Under the pieces are notes generated by a model. It saw only the letters and a program-made list of their open reading frames with translations, had not been told where the DNA came from and did not search any database. Shown in pieces: positions 26,710 to 40,170 of a DNA stretch of 64,000 nucleotides (position 1 is its first letter; each line of letters opens with the position of its first letter). The stretch spans positions 377,456,001 to 377,520,000 of the forward strand of contig OZ024741.1 of assembly GCA_964016885.1 (NCBI GenBank), in the 5' to 3' direction. Origin of the DNA: Eledone cirrhosa (Eukaryota). Both the position numbers and the translations under genes were made by a program.

Positions 26710-27812
26710 AGTAAACCAGATAGAAAAATGCATACAGCAAAAAAAAGTAATATTGTTGGAATATAAACCTTTAAAAATCAGGACAAGAAACTAATATAAA
26801 AATTTAAAAGAATAGGACAAGAAACTAAGATAAAACTTTAAAAGAATAGGACAAGAAACTAAGATAAAACGTTAAAGAATTGGACAAGAAATAAACAATT
26901 TTACAATAATATTAGTGACAACATTTTTATTGGTAAAAAATCGAGTTCCACATTCATAGGCTCGGGGTTCGACATTCAGAGGTCGTCGTCAGACTGGGGG
27001 GATCATTTGATCCTGGTTTGAACACCAATTGGGCCATAACCATACCCCTATTTCATTATTCGGCGACACGCCTTAAGTGTCATGCATAATGTGAATGGAC
27101 CCATGGGCCCATGAGCACAGATCTTGAGCAGCAGCGGACGGTCTTGTCATCCCGCTCATCGTTGATCTTGACCAACCCGTCCATCTTCTCCTTGAATCTT
27201 GTCCTTGAGTTCAAGTCCGGCAGTCCAGATGAATGCGTGCCACAGCTTTCTGGTACAGGAAGGGGGAACAGGAGGACTGGAGGGATGACGGGAGAGAGGG
27301 AGGGAGGACCGGTGGTTGAGGGAGGTGCCGTAGTCGGTGGTCAGAGTCGACATCTTGTCCCGGTCGTCTTCTCCATCTTCGTCTGGTGTTGCGGGACCAG
27401 AAGTGCATACTTGGAGGAGACCTGCAGCTGCATCGGCCAATTCTTCTTGCAATGGTCATTCTGACGGAGCAGAACTGCTCAGCCAACCAACCCCCACCAG
27501 AACCAACCGCTCAGGGGCAACGCACAATGAGAGTATGACAATTATTATGCACTAATCAAGAAGATACTGGGGCATAGCACAGGAAACGAATAAAAAAATG
27601 TTGCCACTAATATTATTGTAACATTTTTTATTTCTTGTCCAATTCTTTAAAGTTTTATCTTAGTTTCTTGTCCTATTCTTTTAAAGTTTTATCTTAGTTT
27701 CTAGTCCTATTCTTTTAAAATTTTATTTTAGTTTCTTGTCCTGTATTTTTAAACGATTATATTCCAACAATATTACTTTTCTTTGCTGTATGCATTTTTC
27801 TATCTGGTCTAC
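26710..27812. repeat. Inverted repeats of about 220 bp (26710-26930 / 27595-27812) with internal ~29-bp subrepeats, enclosing a GC-rich segment of about 650 bp
   Basis: ccagatagaaaaatgcatacagcaaa vs tttgctgtatgcatttttctatctgg; subrepeat ggacaagaaactaagataaaac. Confidence 0.85.
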
Positions 27813-28224
27813 TATTTGTTAAGGCAATGCAAGCAACAACTATCTAATAATTAAATGATCATAGTGAATTACTGACAAGTGATTGACATTTTAAAGTTCT
27901 TTTGCGTATAATTGCAATCTAGTTGAGGCAACTGGCTTAATGACAAAGCTACGTCATTTCTGGATTACCTCCCTTAGTGTCACGCTTACTACTCACTCAC
28001 TTGAACACAAGATTTATCAGCAAACTTTGATTATAAACTTTTTTTCCGCTGGACCAAATTTTTAGATTTTTAAGCCAAAAGATGCGTAATGATCTACTGT
28101 TCATGCTCATATAAGTTTTATCTCAGTTAAATAAAGTAGAGCCGCACTGTACTGTCATAAACAGACGATTGCCAACGAAAACATGACCACAACAATATTA
28201 CTAAACTGACTAACGTCCGTTTAG

Positions 28225-28624
28225 GATAAAATACAGAGGTAATTGAAATTAAATAAATACATACACGCATCCAAATACGTATTTACACAAGCATACGCGA
28301 AAACACTCGTCATATGTATACAAATATACGCACATATAAATATGTGTGTGTGTGTGTGTGTGCGTATATACAAATAATTAAATAAATGTATATAGATAAA
28401 TAAATACGTATATAACAAGTAGGTATGTATGTGCGCTTGTTATATACGTATTTATTTATATACATTTATTTAATTATTTGTATACACGCACACACACACG
28501 CACACATATTTATATGTGCGTGTATTTGTATACATATGGCGAGTGTTTTCGCGTATGCTTGTGTATGTACGTATTTGGATGCGTGTATGTATTTATTTAA
28601 TTTCAATTACCTCTGTATTTTATT
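28225..28624. repeat. Fold-back inverted repeat, arms about 195 bp
   Basis: ataaaatacagaggtaattgaaattaaataaatac vs gtatttatttaatttcaattacctctgtattttat; centre near 28428. Confidence 0.88.
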
Positions 28625-28705
28625 TACTTTTATTTACTATATATCTTTATATATATATATATATATAAATATATACACGCACACACACACACACTCTCTC
28701 TCTCA

Positions 28706-28742
<37 letters not shown>

Positions 28743-28914
28743 ACACACACACAGACATCCACACACACATATATATATGTGTATTTGTGTGAGTGTGTGT
28801 ATGTGTATATGTGTGAGTGTGCGTATGTGTGTTCGTATGCGATGTTTGTCTCCTTAGTAATGAAACTGATTAAATCTATATTAGTCGTATATAACATTGT
28901 AAGTTCATTATAAG

Positions 28915-29725
28915 TATACGCCCCTCATAATACGACACATGGGAAGTCAGACAGTGATGGCCAATTTTTTTTCTTTCGTTGTAGCAGTACCGGGCGTCAT
29001 TTTCTGTGAGGCTACTTACCTCGACGGCTACACTTTTTTGCATATTTCCCACATTCCGAATATGTACGGAATTCAAATTCAATTTGAACTTAGTTAATAG
29101 TTAGAAGTCACACGGGTCTATCTCCGAGCTATATCGAGTTTGTGGAAGAGCTGGAATTGTTTTCTTCACCAGAAATTCTCTAATTGAAAGTGTGTGTAAG
29201 CAGGCACAATATCATGGTGCAGTAGGTAATCCCCTGAAATGTTCTTTCGAATTTGATGGAGCCGTTTTCGAAGTCATTCCAAGTTATCTTTGTAGCAGCT
29301 GCAATTTGTAGAGGAAATGATATTCATCGTTTTACTCTGCATCTGCTCATGCGTGTTTTCTTTGAATCAAGAGAATTTTCCCTTCTGTGAACCACTCATT
29401 TCTGCCATTTTGCTCTTGGACCGTACTGGAACGCTCATACTTCTCATCCTGTTATTATTTTAAGTAATATATTTGACTTGATTTCTAATATTTTAAGTAA
29501 ATCCTCACAAATTCATAATAGGTTCGTTTTGAACACGCCCGAGAAAGGTTTCAGCAAGGATTTCGTACGCAATGATTCCGTATGCAGATTGTCAGTTAAA
29601 ATTCCGTGAACAGTAGTTTTATAAAAGCCCGTTTCTTCTGCATTCATCCTAAAATTTAATTGGTGATCTTTCGCTATCAGCGTTCACATCACTTCCACCT
29701 TTCGTTTTAATCACTTTTTTCATAA
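28915..29725 (-). mobile_element. Highly decayed mariner (Tc1/mariner) transposase relic
   Basis: Manual translation: EETGFYKTTVHGILTDNL (HTH), KIITG*EV*AFQY (ITGDETW motif), LLHHDIVPAY (HHDNAPAH), RYSSEIDPCDF (YSPDLAPCDF), HCLTSHVSYYEG (C-terminal motif). Confidence 0.8.
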
Positions 29726-30159
29726 GCAGCAATTACGACTGACGCAATCTATCGTATTCAAATGATTATGTACGTGCAGAATATTAGATCATACCAAAAC
29801 TACTATCTATATCAACGAGGTTCTGTTTCACCATATCATACACATGATAATCATATCCTTTCGCCAGACCGCGCATATATATATATATATATGTACACTT
29901 TTCTTGTAGTTTATTTTACACCTAATTCTGTTTAGTTGACTGTATATCTGGTCGATTTATACATGCTGTCGAAATATTCGATAAATACTCCGTCGTAACC
30001 GCCGCGAAGGGGCTGCTTTCGGTTATTTGTCTGAGATTTCTTCATAGGAGCCTTTATTCTTATAGCTTGATCTAATTGATTTTTGATATGGTTAATTATG
30101 CTAATTGGGAGAGGAAACGGTATATATTTTATGTGGTGATTGTATAGACTTGTTCTATG

Positions 30160-30244
<85 letters not shown>

Positions 30245-30542
30245 AAAATGAGGTGTTTTTTTTTTAAATGAAAAAAAAAATGTGGTGTCATACACGAGGG
30301 AAATTATCAGGAAAAAAGATGAAATCGAAAAGGCAACTGGAGTCGTTTTAAGAATATTTATTTATTTATTTTACCTGTTTCACAGCTCTTATGGTTTTTA
30401 GTAGTAGAATTGAGATAGAGGGATTGTTGTTTTTCTCGCATCTGGTTGGTGTTCGAACGTTACTTCTGTTTTATGTGGAAAAAAGTGGCTTTCTTAGAAA
30501 AGTAATTTGGTTATACACACACACACACACACACACACATAC

Positions 30543-30648
<106 letters not shown>

Positions 30649-30999
30649 ATATATTATGTATGTATGTATATGTATTATGTATGTATGTACATTTGTATGT
30701 GTGTATATTAGTATACATACATACAAATGTACATACGGAGAGTATTAAACATGTCATATTGAAAATACGCATTATCTCCCAAATCTCTAGCGATGCGAAA
30801 ATCTTCTGGGGACATATTGACTAATAATATCGAGACGCTACCATTACAGTATCAACAATTAGCTCGAAATTCAAATATACGCTAATGTTATTATTTGATA
30901 ATTCTAATTATTATTTTGTCAAACATGAGAAAACTTCAACTCTATCATCAGATGAAATAGTATTGGCATTTTTAGCGGCATCATCTTAAACATTATTAT

Positions 31000-31440
31000 G
31001 GCATTTAACATCATCGTGATGTTCATCATCATCGCCATCACGATCATCGTAATATAATCATCGAAGTCATTATCATGTGATAATCACAAATATCTTCGAC
31101 GTCATTGTACTACGCCTCCCCTTCCTCATAATATTACTATCACCGTCATCATCATCATCACAATGATCATCACCATGTTTATGTGAAGTATCATCATTAA
31201 TATGGCTATAATCATGATCATAAACATGATCTTAGTTATGATCCTCATCATGAAGGACTCAATAATGCTCATCCATGCGATCATGATCGATATCTCATTC
31301 GCCATCATCATTATCTCCATCATAATAAGCATCATTATCATCTCCCTTGACTGCAATGGCCGTATCATTATTGAAATGTCCTTTCTTATATTTCTCATTA
31401 TCATCAAAGTTATATTCATAATCATCACCATGATATGTAA
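31000..31440. repeat. Degenerate (ATC)n low-complexity tract
   Basis: Repeated atc/cat; the Ile/Met-rich ORFs on both strands are artefacts. Confidence 0.85.
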
Positions 31441-31989
31441 CAACAGACGATATGAAATTACGATGCCATTGAAGATGGAAACCGATGTGATAATATTTTC
31501 CTTTATTTTCAGTTTATTGTCGGAATATGAATGCACTCAAACAATCATGTACTCGGTGATTTTGTTGCTTTACACTGTACACATTTTATGAATCATACTG
31601 AAGATGGGTGACGTTATAGAATGCATGATTCCTATGTTCGTGTCAATATGTCTCCACCTTGTTTGCATTTTCCGTATGCTTTCAGAGAGGATGTTTCAGC
31701 AACGTTATTTCAGTGGTAATATTCATTATGAGACAATATTGTTAACGTTTCGGAAGATGGTGTTTATTTGTTACTATAAAATGGTGTTTCTATTGAGGAT
31801 ATTGCCATCAGTTTGATAGTTTAGTCTAACAATAATTATGGAAACTAATTATGAGTGTGTTTGTAGGTAATCACAGATTGTCAACACTTTCCACCACAGG
31901 GCTCTTAATTATGTACAGCTCATTTCACATTCCTTATTGCCTCGTATATACCGACTTTTTAATTTCAACACACGCACCACTCATCGCCA

Positions 31990-32081
<92 letters not shown>

Positions 32082-32085
<4 letters not shown>

Positions 32086-33573
32086 CGCAGCCCATACATA
32101 ACAATCTTCGAAATCATATAGTAGAACCGGCGCATAGGAAAGCATTTCTATGTAACTGCTACTTACCTGACAAATGCCCTCTATTAAACAGATGCCTGGA
32201 GAAAAATGTAGTATACCTGTGTACTATAAACTCAGGTAGCTTGCTATGGTATTACATTGGTCCACCGCAGCTGCTTTTAAAAAACGGTGGTACGTGCACA
32301 GACATTCTATGATTAATAAGAATCAATCAAATACAACAACTCTCGCCAACAAAATCTGGCAACTCAGGAATGCATGATTTGAATACGAGGTCAGTTCGTC
32401 AATACTGTCAAGGGCTAAGGTCTATCAAACTGGTATGTCCCACTGTAGGCTCTGTAATATGGAGCTTTTCCAAATTCTTAATTTCAGTAAAATCCTTCTT
32501 TCGCAGTGGAATTGAACGAACTATCTTTTGCCGGCACAAATCAGCAACGAAATTCCTGAAGTTTAGACCAGCTTAACTCCATGTTCTATTCCTTATCCCT
32601 TTTTACACCTTTAGTATCTATTACGATATCAAATTATCACTAACTTTATGATTACCAAAGTATATCTTCAGAACATTTGTATTTACATCATTATTTTTAT
32701 GTTATTTGTATTTACATCATTTATTATCTTACCTACATCTTTCACCATTTGTCTTTGCATTTCTCCATTTAAACCTATTTCATCTCGCTCATTTTATCCT
32801 ATCATGTAATACATCTCAAATTAGCAAATTTAAATATTCAATTATTTATTTATTTAGTTATTATTCATCTATTTATTATACCTTTTTCATAACAATCGGT
32901 GTAAATTGTTTATTTATTCATCTATCTATTTATTTATCTATTTATCTATCATTTTATTTATTTATTTATTTATCTCTTTGCTTAAATCTCTATTTCTTAT
33001 TTGCTTTCATCTCTACAGTAATGTATATTCGTCCGTCTGTTTATCTTCCCTTTTCTCTCCTTCCTATCTCGTATTCATCAATAATTATTATCCTTCCCTG
33101 CTTCTTAATATTACTCTATCTCTTCCCCCTCTTCCTTATTCCTCCTTCTTTTTCTTCTCTGCCTTTACTACATCCCCTTCTTTCTTTCTATCTGTATCTT
33201 TATTATTAATATTATATTTATTTTGATGTGATAGTTTGATTTCATAACTTTGCCGGTTATACATTTAACTATATCTTCGTTCTCTCTTTCGCCGTTCTTC
33301 TTTTTTCCCTCTCCTTTCCATCTTCCCCCCTTCCTTTATTTCTTTTTCATTAATACTATTATTGATATAGTAATTTGAATTTATAAGTTTTCCGTTTCGC
33401 ATGTATTTTGTATTTCTTATCAGTTTCTGATGAAATGATTCAGGTTGTATGTATTTGAAATTGAGTTATGGTGTCTTCAGTGTTTAGCAATTTCTAGGCA
33501 ACTCTATCATGGAAACGATTGTTAGACTGTACATAAATTTCCTTGTTTGTACTGTTGACCACGTTATTCTTCA

Positions 33574-33580
<7 letters not shown>
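32082..33580 (+). mobile_element. 5'-truncated Naiad-like PLE (endonuclease end + pLTR) lying between two (TA)n tracts
   Basis: CNCYLPDKCPLLNRCLEKNVVYLC...YYIG...FKKRWYVH...TTLANKIWQL...CRLCNME...CRHK...KFRPA*. Confidence 0.85.
33421..33529 (+). ncRNA. Type I hammerhead with intact core and stem II of about 80 nt
   Basis: Stem I CAGTTT/AGACTG; CTGATGA; ATGAT..GGTTGT..GAAATTG...CAATTTC..GCAACT..ATCAT; GAAA-CGATTG-TT. Confidence 0.7.
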
Positions 33581-33618
<38 letters not shown>

Positions 33619-33751
33619 TTTGTGTGGGTAGTACAGAGAAATACTGATGCTCGTACCAAACCAAGCACTCTATGCAGAGGCAGAATGTATACAACAGAAT
33701 AAAACGAGGAAGTTTCGTTTACATATGAAAACATATATATTTTATCACATC

Positions 33752-33843
33752 ACTAGTCTGACTAGCAGATCGGTACTGGAGTCGAGTCCATAAATCCTAT
33801 GGGTCAACGTGAGCCAATCCTCTGTGAAACGGGCGTAACAGGT
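33752..33843 (+). ncRNA. Degenerate type I hammerhead between 30-bp inverted repeats (33701-33731 / 33861-33893)
   Basis: ACTAGT-CTGACTA-GCAGA...TCTGT-GAAA-CGGGCG-TA-ACAGGT. Confidence 0.55.
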
Positions 33844-34631
33844 CGGTACGCATTAAATACTTTTCATATGTAAATGAAACCTCCTCATCTTTTAAATTGT
33901 CTTTTTGTTCAGACACATGTATGCTGTTTTTCCAATTTCATCGTTAGGATCGCTTCTGTCGTTGCACAGGTAAGAGATAGAACTTGTTGTTTTTCCCGTT
34001 TCTTTACGCTTCTGAATATAACAAAGTGTTTTTAAAATTTGTGAAAAGGTGTGTGACTCTATTTTTTTTTGTGTGTGTGTGTGGGGGGGGGGGGGGGGGG
34101 CTGGAGAAATAATTATTATGTTGTAAGAGAGTTTGAACTGTGTTCGAATTTTCCAATAAACATTTTCTCTGTATTAATTGTACCTTAATTTGCTATAATG
34201 GGAAACTATTTGTGGAGGTGCGTGTGTGTGCGTGGAAAAAAGCGTACAACGCGCCCGAATGTACGGACGCTCACATGAACATTACAAGTGCAATTCACAC
34301 GCAGGAGAGCGCGTACATGCCAGTAAATGTGTTACGCTGATTTGTGTGGGTGCTCATGAACGCACGCTCACATACACACATGCATTTAGGTAGGTGCGGT
34401 GGGGTAATTTAGTGATGTTAAGGATGTTAGCTGTGGTATGTACAGGTGCACTGGCCATACTAGTCGGGGGTTACTGAGTATTACTAGTGCAGGCTCGTGT
34501 GTGTGTGCATGGGCTGATGAAATTGGGGTTCCAGAGTGAGATTCATATTTAATATTTTCTTGCCCTCTTTGAAAGCTTTATGAAACTTAATAAACTTACT
34601 TCTAGACTGGCATCTCCGGGTTGTCGTTGAT

Positions 34632-35110
34632 AAGTTTGGCCTACACCCGTTGTCACGTGGCCTGAGCGTAGGCCGGTTCCCCCGACATGCCAATCTCACA
34701 CTGAGAATGAGCCTGGGCGTAGGTTACAAGTAAAGGGGGTAAGCACCGTGACGGAATTACCCTCTTCCCATTCGAAGGAGGTAGATCCCTCATTTGGGAC
34801 GACACAAGTTATAACACGTCCTCCACCTCCAGCTTAGACGCATTCGCCAGAAACCTCGGTAATGCGGCCAAAATGCAGAAGGAAAGAAAACAAACAAATA
34901 CGGGAGATTGTCCGGTCACTACTTCCTCGCATCGATCACCGTCGTTAACTCAAGCATGCTCGGACACCCAACTGCCAAGTTCCTCCCCATACATACATAG
35001 ATACATACATACATACATTATTTTAAACCAGGCTCATTCTCAGTGTGAGATTGGCATGTCGGGGGAACCGGCCTGCGCTCAGGCCACGTGAGACCGGGTG
35101 TAGGCCAAAC
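34632..35110. repeat. GC-rich inverted repeat of about 85 bp (34632-34716 / 35028-35110), probably a LINE 5' UTR fragment
   Basis: gtttggcctacacccg...ctgagaatgagcctgg vs ccaggctcattctcag...cgggtgtaggccaaac. Confidence 0.75.
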
Positions 35111-35114
35111 CATA

Positions 35115-35301
35115 GGGCGGTGGATTGGCAGTATCGGTAGAGGGTCGCACGCCATGCTTTCCAGCATAGTTACGTCCCTTTACGATCTGAGTTCAAATCC
35201 CGCCGAGGTTGACTTTGCCTTTCATCCTTACGGGGTCGATAAAATAAAGTACCAGTAATGCACTGGGTAATTGCTGGCCTTGTGCCTAAAGTAGAAACAA
35301 T
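35115..35301 (+). mobile_element. tRNA-derived SINE, full length
   Basis: A-box-like tggcagtatcgg, B-box gagttcaaatcc, core gactttgcctttcatcctt.cggggtcgataaa; resembles octopus SINEs (from recall). Confidence 0.88.
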
Positions 35302-35900
35302 CATATTATTCATTTCGTTTTGACAATTCATTGTTTGAACAAATTATCTTCGTATAATGGACGTCAAACTTAATTTCAAAACACTGATATACTTCTCATT
35401 TCAGATATCAAATACGGAAACAAAGATCATTAACATTATAATTCATATTTATCTTCCATTTATATGGGTGAATTCAGTCACGATAAATTGATTTGAGATG
35501 ATTTCGTGCAACATTTGACTGTCGCGTGCAGCAGTTCATGTCTGAATATTGATATTGTTTTACTTATATCATACCTCACATTCAAATAGGCCAGGATATG
35601 TAACTGGAAAATTACTCAAATCTTTGCCCTTTATATAAGAACTATATTGGTGTATCAAATTCATGAAATAAGAGGCAACGATACGTATTTCACCCCCATG
35701 AAGAATAACGTAGACTAACTAATGTAAGTGAAAAGGATGGAAATGGTACTAGACATAAAGTTCTGAACAATCAAATATTCACAGTTGCCGGAGTTTACAT
35801 TTTACATACATGAAACTGAGTTTCAAGGCACACATTTGAATGTGCAAAACATAAAATAAAAGATAAAACCTCAAAGCAAATGCGAAACAAACAGCATCAT

Positions 35901-36088
35901 AGGGGTGGATTGGCAATAACGGTAGAGAGTCGGACGCCATGCTTTGACGCATAGTTACGACCCTTGCCATTCTGAGTTCAAATCCTGACGAGGTTAACTT
36001 TGCCTTTCATCCTTACGGGGTCGATAAAATAAAGTACCAATAATGCACCGGGTAATTTCTGGCCTTGTGCCAAAAGTAGAAACAATTA
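35901..36088 (+). mobile_element. tRNA-derived SINE, same family
   Basis: B-box gagttcaaatcc; tgcctttcatccttacggggtcgataaaataaagtacc. Confidence 0.88.
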
Positions 36089-36659
36089 TAGGCAGTTGGT
36101 AAACTCACTCTAATATCAATACTACTTTCATTTGCAGGCTAGTTTAGAGTTAAAGTGTATGCCGTCATGGATATCTTGTATATAGAATTGAAGGGCAGCG
36201 TTTCTGTTATGAAGGGTGGAAATATGGGCACATCTTTAAATAGAAAATGTGAATAAACGTGAAAACATAGTCATTAATTAGTTCTTCCAAATGTCTGCGT
36301 GTATTATTCGGTGTTGAATGTGTGTTCGATCCAAAACAGAAATATACCTAAAAGAGTCGATGTTAATATACCTTGCCTGTAGGAAAATATATATAATCTC
36401 TTCCATTGTGTTCTAGAAATTGACTTTATAAGTGTTTAAGAATTTTCAAATGCCCTATCAGTCATGGGCTATATACATTACCCCACATCTTAGAAGGGGC
36501 TACTCTTATCTGAAATATAAATTCCCACATCAAAGTTGTAAATCGTACTATCTTCTCCCTGAAGGTTTTGAAATATTTTAAAAATGTATATCGAAGATTT
36601 CCTATCAACTTCAAGTATTTTCTGAAGTTATACACACATCGCTCTCTTAATGCACCATT

Positions 36660-37610
36660 CCCCTTCCTGGTATGGCCTTATCGTGGCGAGTGGGAGTGTG
36701 TGATCCGTCAATCCGAGAGAAGGTTACAGTTAGGATCTTTAACGTAAGGCTGCCCCCGGATTCTTCAAATTTGTCATCGTCTATCTAATGTCCAAAGACT
36801 GTGAGCGAGTTCATGACGTTATCTTCTGGAAACAAGATTTTACCAACATGGAGTACACGGGTGCACCACCTTATGCTGCAACTCGATCGATCAGTTTAGG
36901 ACGCACTAACCAGATATCAAAAGGAATCAGCATTATATGGCCGTCAGGAGAGCTGGGTGAAAACCAAGCTCACGCATGTCGGTGATGGCCTGGATTCTCC
37001 CCTGCTTCATATTGTCTCTGATGTCGTAGTGTTTATCACCAGATTCATTTACCTGGGCTCGGCAGTCGCCATCAATGGAGACCTAACCCTGGAGATCAAC
37101 CGAATGTGGTCTAGCCGCTGGGGTCATGCACTCCTTACGGAGGCCCCTTTGGGGCCACTACTCTATCTCCCTGAAAATGAAGCTCTGTATCTACCACGCG
37201 TCAGTTCCATTCGTTCGTCTATATGAAGCAGGAATGTGGCTTCTCACAAAGACCCTGGCGAGAGGGATCGATGACTTGGATACCAGACTTCTGAGGACCA
37301 TCGAGAATATCAGATGGTACCACCACTTTTCCTACAAAAAGTTTCATGCGCGCAAGCAACATCTCGCGCAGCCTATGGCCGTATGCGCCTGTACGGCCTT
37401 TTCCTCCACCTGCGACCATATCATCCTACAAGTGCCTTACTGTCGTTTGACCATAGAGCTACAAGCTGGAAAACGTTCCGCAGCTGTTTCGCACAGGACA
37501 GCCGGATTTAATCAAAGAAGATCTCCCGAGTGGCAGGGGATCACTAACGATGGTGTGTCGTGGTCGACCTGGTCAGCTCTACGCATGGTGATGATTCTGG
37601 ATCACTGAAC
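36660..37610 (+). mobile_element. Internally deleted RTE-clade LINE
   Basis: 5' motif gccttatcgtggcgagtgggagtgtgtg resembles RTE 5' UTRs; RT C-terminus FIYLGSAVAINGDLTLEINR and SISLKMKLCIYHASV..LYEAGMWLLTKTLARGIDDLDTRLLRTI. Confidence 0.85.
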
Positions 37611-39104
37611 TAAGATAACAGCAATTCTGTCGATCAAGAGCAAGTAGAAGAAAGAGAAGAATAATGCATTATTATGAGTGTTGTTGCTGATGTCCGTGAA
37701 TACAGCTTAAAAGATCGCATAGTTGAGTCTCTACAAATATATCCGTCCAGCCCTTCGAAGTTGGTGGGTTTCTAATGCGTAATGATTTACAAAATGTTTC
37801 CCTATCATAATAAGACAAGTGTTACTTAACTTCAGCCTGTCCATATTTAAAAGAAAAGATACTATAGTTTTATGAGGTAGTGTAATGTTTAGTAAATCTA
37901 GCTAGGAAACATCTAGTTATTCTGAGTCAAATATTCAAACAACAGTATTTTTTAATTAAATGCTTGTGGCACGTTGCCGTGGTTTCTACGCACTTATTTT
38001 TATCACTGGAAGTAGTTGTAAAATGAAGTGAGGTTTTATCAAATATGGGTCATTTTGTGGATAATCTAAATAAGTGTATCCTATATATTTATTTACCTTA
38101 CGTCGGTGGTTTTCTAATTCATAGATATATCAAACTTTCTCATTTGATTTCTGGTATGATTATGTCATGTGCATATTCAAATTCGAAGTTATAACAAAAT
38201 ATTTCCTGTAAAAATGTAAATTAATATGTATTGAGATCGTAATGTCTAATTTTCTAAAGAAAATTATTATTACCTCCCTTAACTCGTCTATAACAAAGCC
38301 ATCCAAATGAGTGATATTACATGCATGTTCTATTCCCCAAACATGATGCTAGGGAATAAAAGTAATCAAACATATCCCGAAATTTCCACAACATGAAAAC
38401 CACACATAGCACACACAAGAGTTAATTTCTCAATTTTCCTTAACGAAACAATGGTGTATAATCGTAATATTTTACTGTCAAGATAATAGTTTCAATAACA
38501 TCTATTTATGTGGAGAAATCGGTAGTAAACTGTAATGGAATTTGTTTATAGAGGTGGACCTGCACAATCCCACAGAGTCAAACAGAAAAACAAATAACTC
38601 TAAAAGAGATCAAGGTGGCACGAATACATTTATATTATATTAAATTAGTGTCAGTCAAAAACATATAAATAGCAACGACCCCATTTTTGCAAAAGATAAA
38701 TTATTTTCCAAGTAATTTAGATTACATTTAGGATTCCGCACCAAAGCATCTTTCTAGTTTGAAGTCAAAAAGAAATATGAAATATTTTGTTTAACACAAA
38801 TTAAGTTTTCTGCTACTACACCCCATTTACCCCTGTTTAATTAAAACTTTGTATATGTGTTCAATATTAGTACCGAACCGTGAGTTTTAATCTCAATATA
38901 CAGCGTTACGCTAGCTTCCTATCATTTCAATCCATCTTTAAGTTGCTAGCTGCCATCGTGAACTTTTGTTAGTATGTGGTGTTTGTGCGTGTGTGTGTAT
39001 ATGTGTGTTTGTGTGTGTGTGTGCGTTCGTGCGTACATATATACATAAATGCATACATGTAAACATTCATACATTCAAATGTACTTAAACACATATATAT
39101 ATAT

Positions 39105-39422
39105 ATGCAATATATTAATGAATGGGAACTATATTTATAAAACCATAATTATATTATTATATATATTTCAAGGGCAAGCAAGGCAAATTATGGTGCGCTT
39201 TCAACATATAAAATACAGATTTGTTTTATAAATAAATATTGACATACCCGGAAAAAAGACAACCTTAATGGTTGAATTTCGCTGGATAGTAAAATAGGAT
39301 AAAACAAATCTGTATTTTATCTGATGAAAGCGCACCATAATTTGCCTTGGTTGCCCTTGAAATATATATAATAAAATAATTATGGTTTTATAAATATAGT
39401 TTCCATTTATTAATATATTGAA
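39105..39422. repeat. Inverted repeat, arms about 125 bp
   Basis: caagggcaagcaaggcaaattatggtgcgctttca vs tgaaagcgcaccataatttgccttggttgcccttg. Confidence 0.85.
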
Positions 39423-39524
39423 TATTTACTCCACTAACTTGTTGAGTGCTTTATTACAGTTATAACATTTTTAAGCTTGTTGAATCACAACAAATTAAAT
39501 ATAACCTCTGCATATATATATATA

Positions 39525-40170
39525 TACGGTGGATTCCGTGGTGTTGTTGTCGAGAGTCGATATCCATTTCAGTTGGTAGGCAGCCCGACAGAAATTCGTT
39601 TCTATGTCGAGCCATAGTCTGTCGTCCAGTCTCTGTTTCAATATGAACTTGGGACCCAGGCTGAGGAGGTCTAATTCCTCTCGGGAGAGGGATCCTGTCA
39701 AGTCTGTGACGAGGTGTTTTGCGTCAGGTGTGTTGTTGGTCGGGGTGCCGCTAGGTTCGGTGTTGGTAACGTCTTGTTCGCCTCAGTTGGTGTTTAGCGT
39801 TGGGATGTTGTTAAGACAGTTGGCCGTCCTGAGTTTGAGAAATGTTTGCGTTAGACGTATTTTCTCGTAGTCTCGGCGGTGGTGGTATGACCTGTCTATA
39901 GTGGCGGAGATGACCCTGGACAGAGGTTCTGGGGATTCAGCGAGTTGTGGTACAAGGCTGGAAATAGTCCGTATGTGATGTTGAAGCGTGCGGTGTAGGT
40001 GTTGTATGAGTTTTCTTAGGAAGAATTTTTGTATGTAACTGAGTGATCGTTTGAGGCCTGGTGATTTGAAGCATGTTGGTAGGTGCAAATTTTTGATGGT
40101 TTTGGGGATGATGTTGTTATTCAGGCATCGTTTTAGGAAGTTTATTTGGCAGCCGGCTTTCAATAATAGA
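39525..40170 (-). mobile_element. PLE N-terminal ORF fragment (Neptune/Poseidon-like)
   Basis: INFLKRCLNNNIIPK and DLTGSLSREELDLLSLGPKF...DIETNF..AAYQLKW are typical pre-RT PLE motifs. Confidence 0.75.

Noticed and set aside
26780-26890. ~29-bp repeats as a CRISPR array
   Set aside because: Contiguous tandem repeats without unique spacers, eukaryotic context, no cas genes
30020-30050. Minus-strand ATGAAGA...GAAA
   Set aside because: No stem II pairing and no NUH
30368-30405. Relic of the 52596 HHR family (CTAAAAA...GAAA-CAGG-TA)
   Set aside because: Homologous by context but too decayed to call as a ribozyme feature
31126-31591. Hydrophobic Ile/Met-rich ORFs as membrane proteins
   Set aside because: They derive from a degenerate (ATC)n repeat
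34830-34875. HDV-like ribozyme (GGCGAATG on the minus strand)
   Set aside because: Not enough sequence between the putative P2 strands for P1, P3 and P4
39265-39350. ctgatgaaagcgc as a hammerhead
   Set aside because: CTGATGA overlaps GAAA with no stem II, and there is no upstream core; at most a relic
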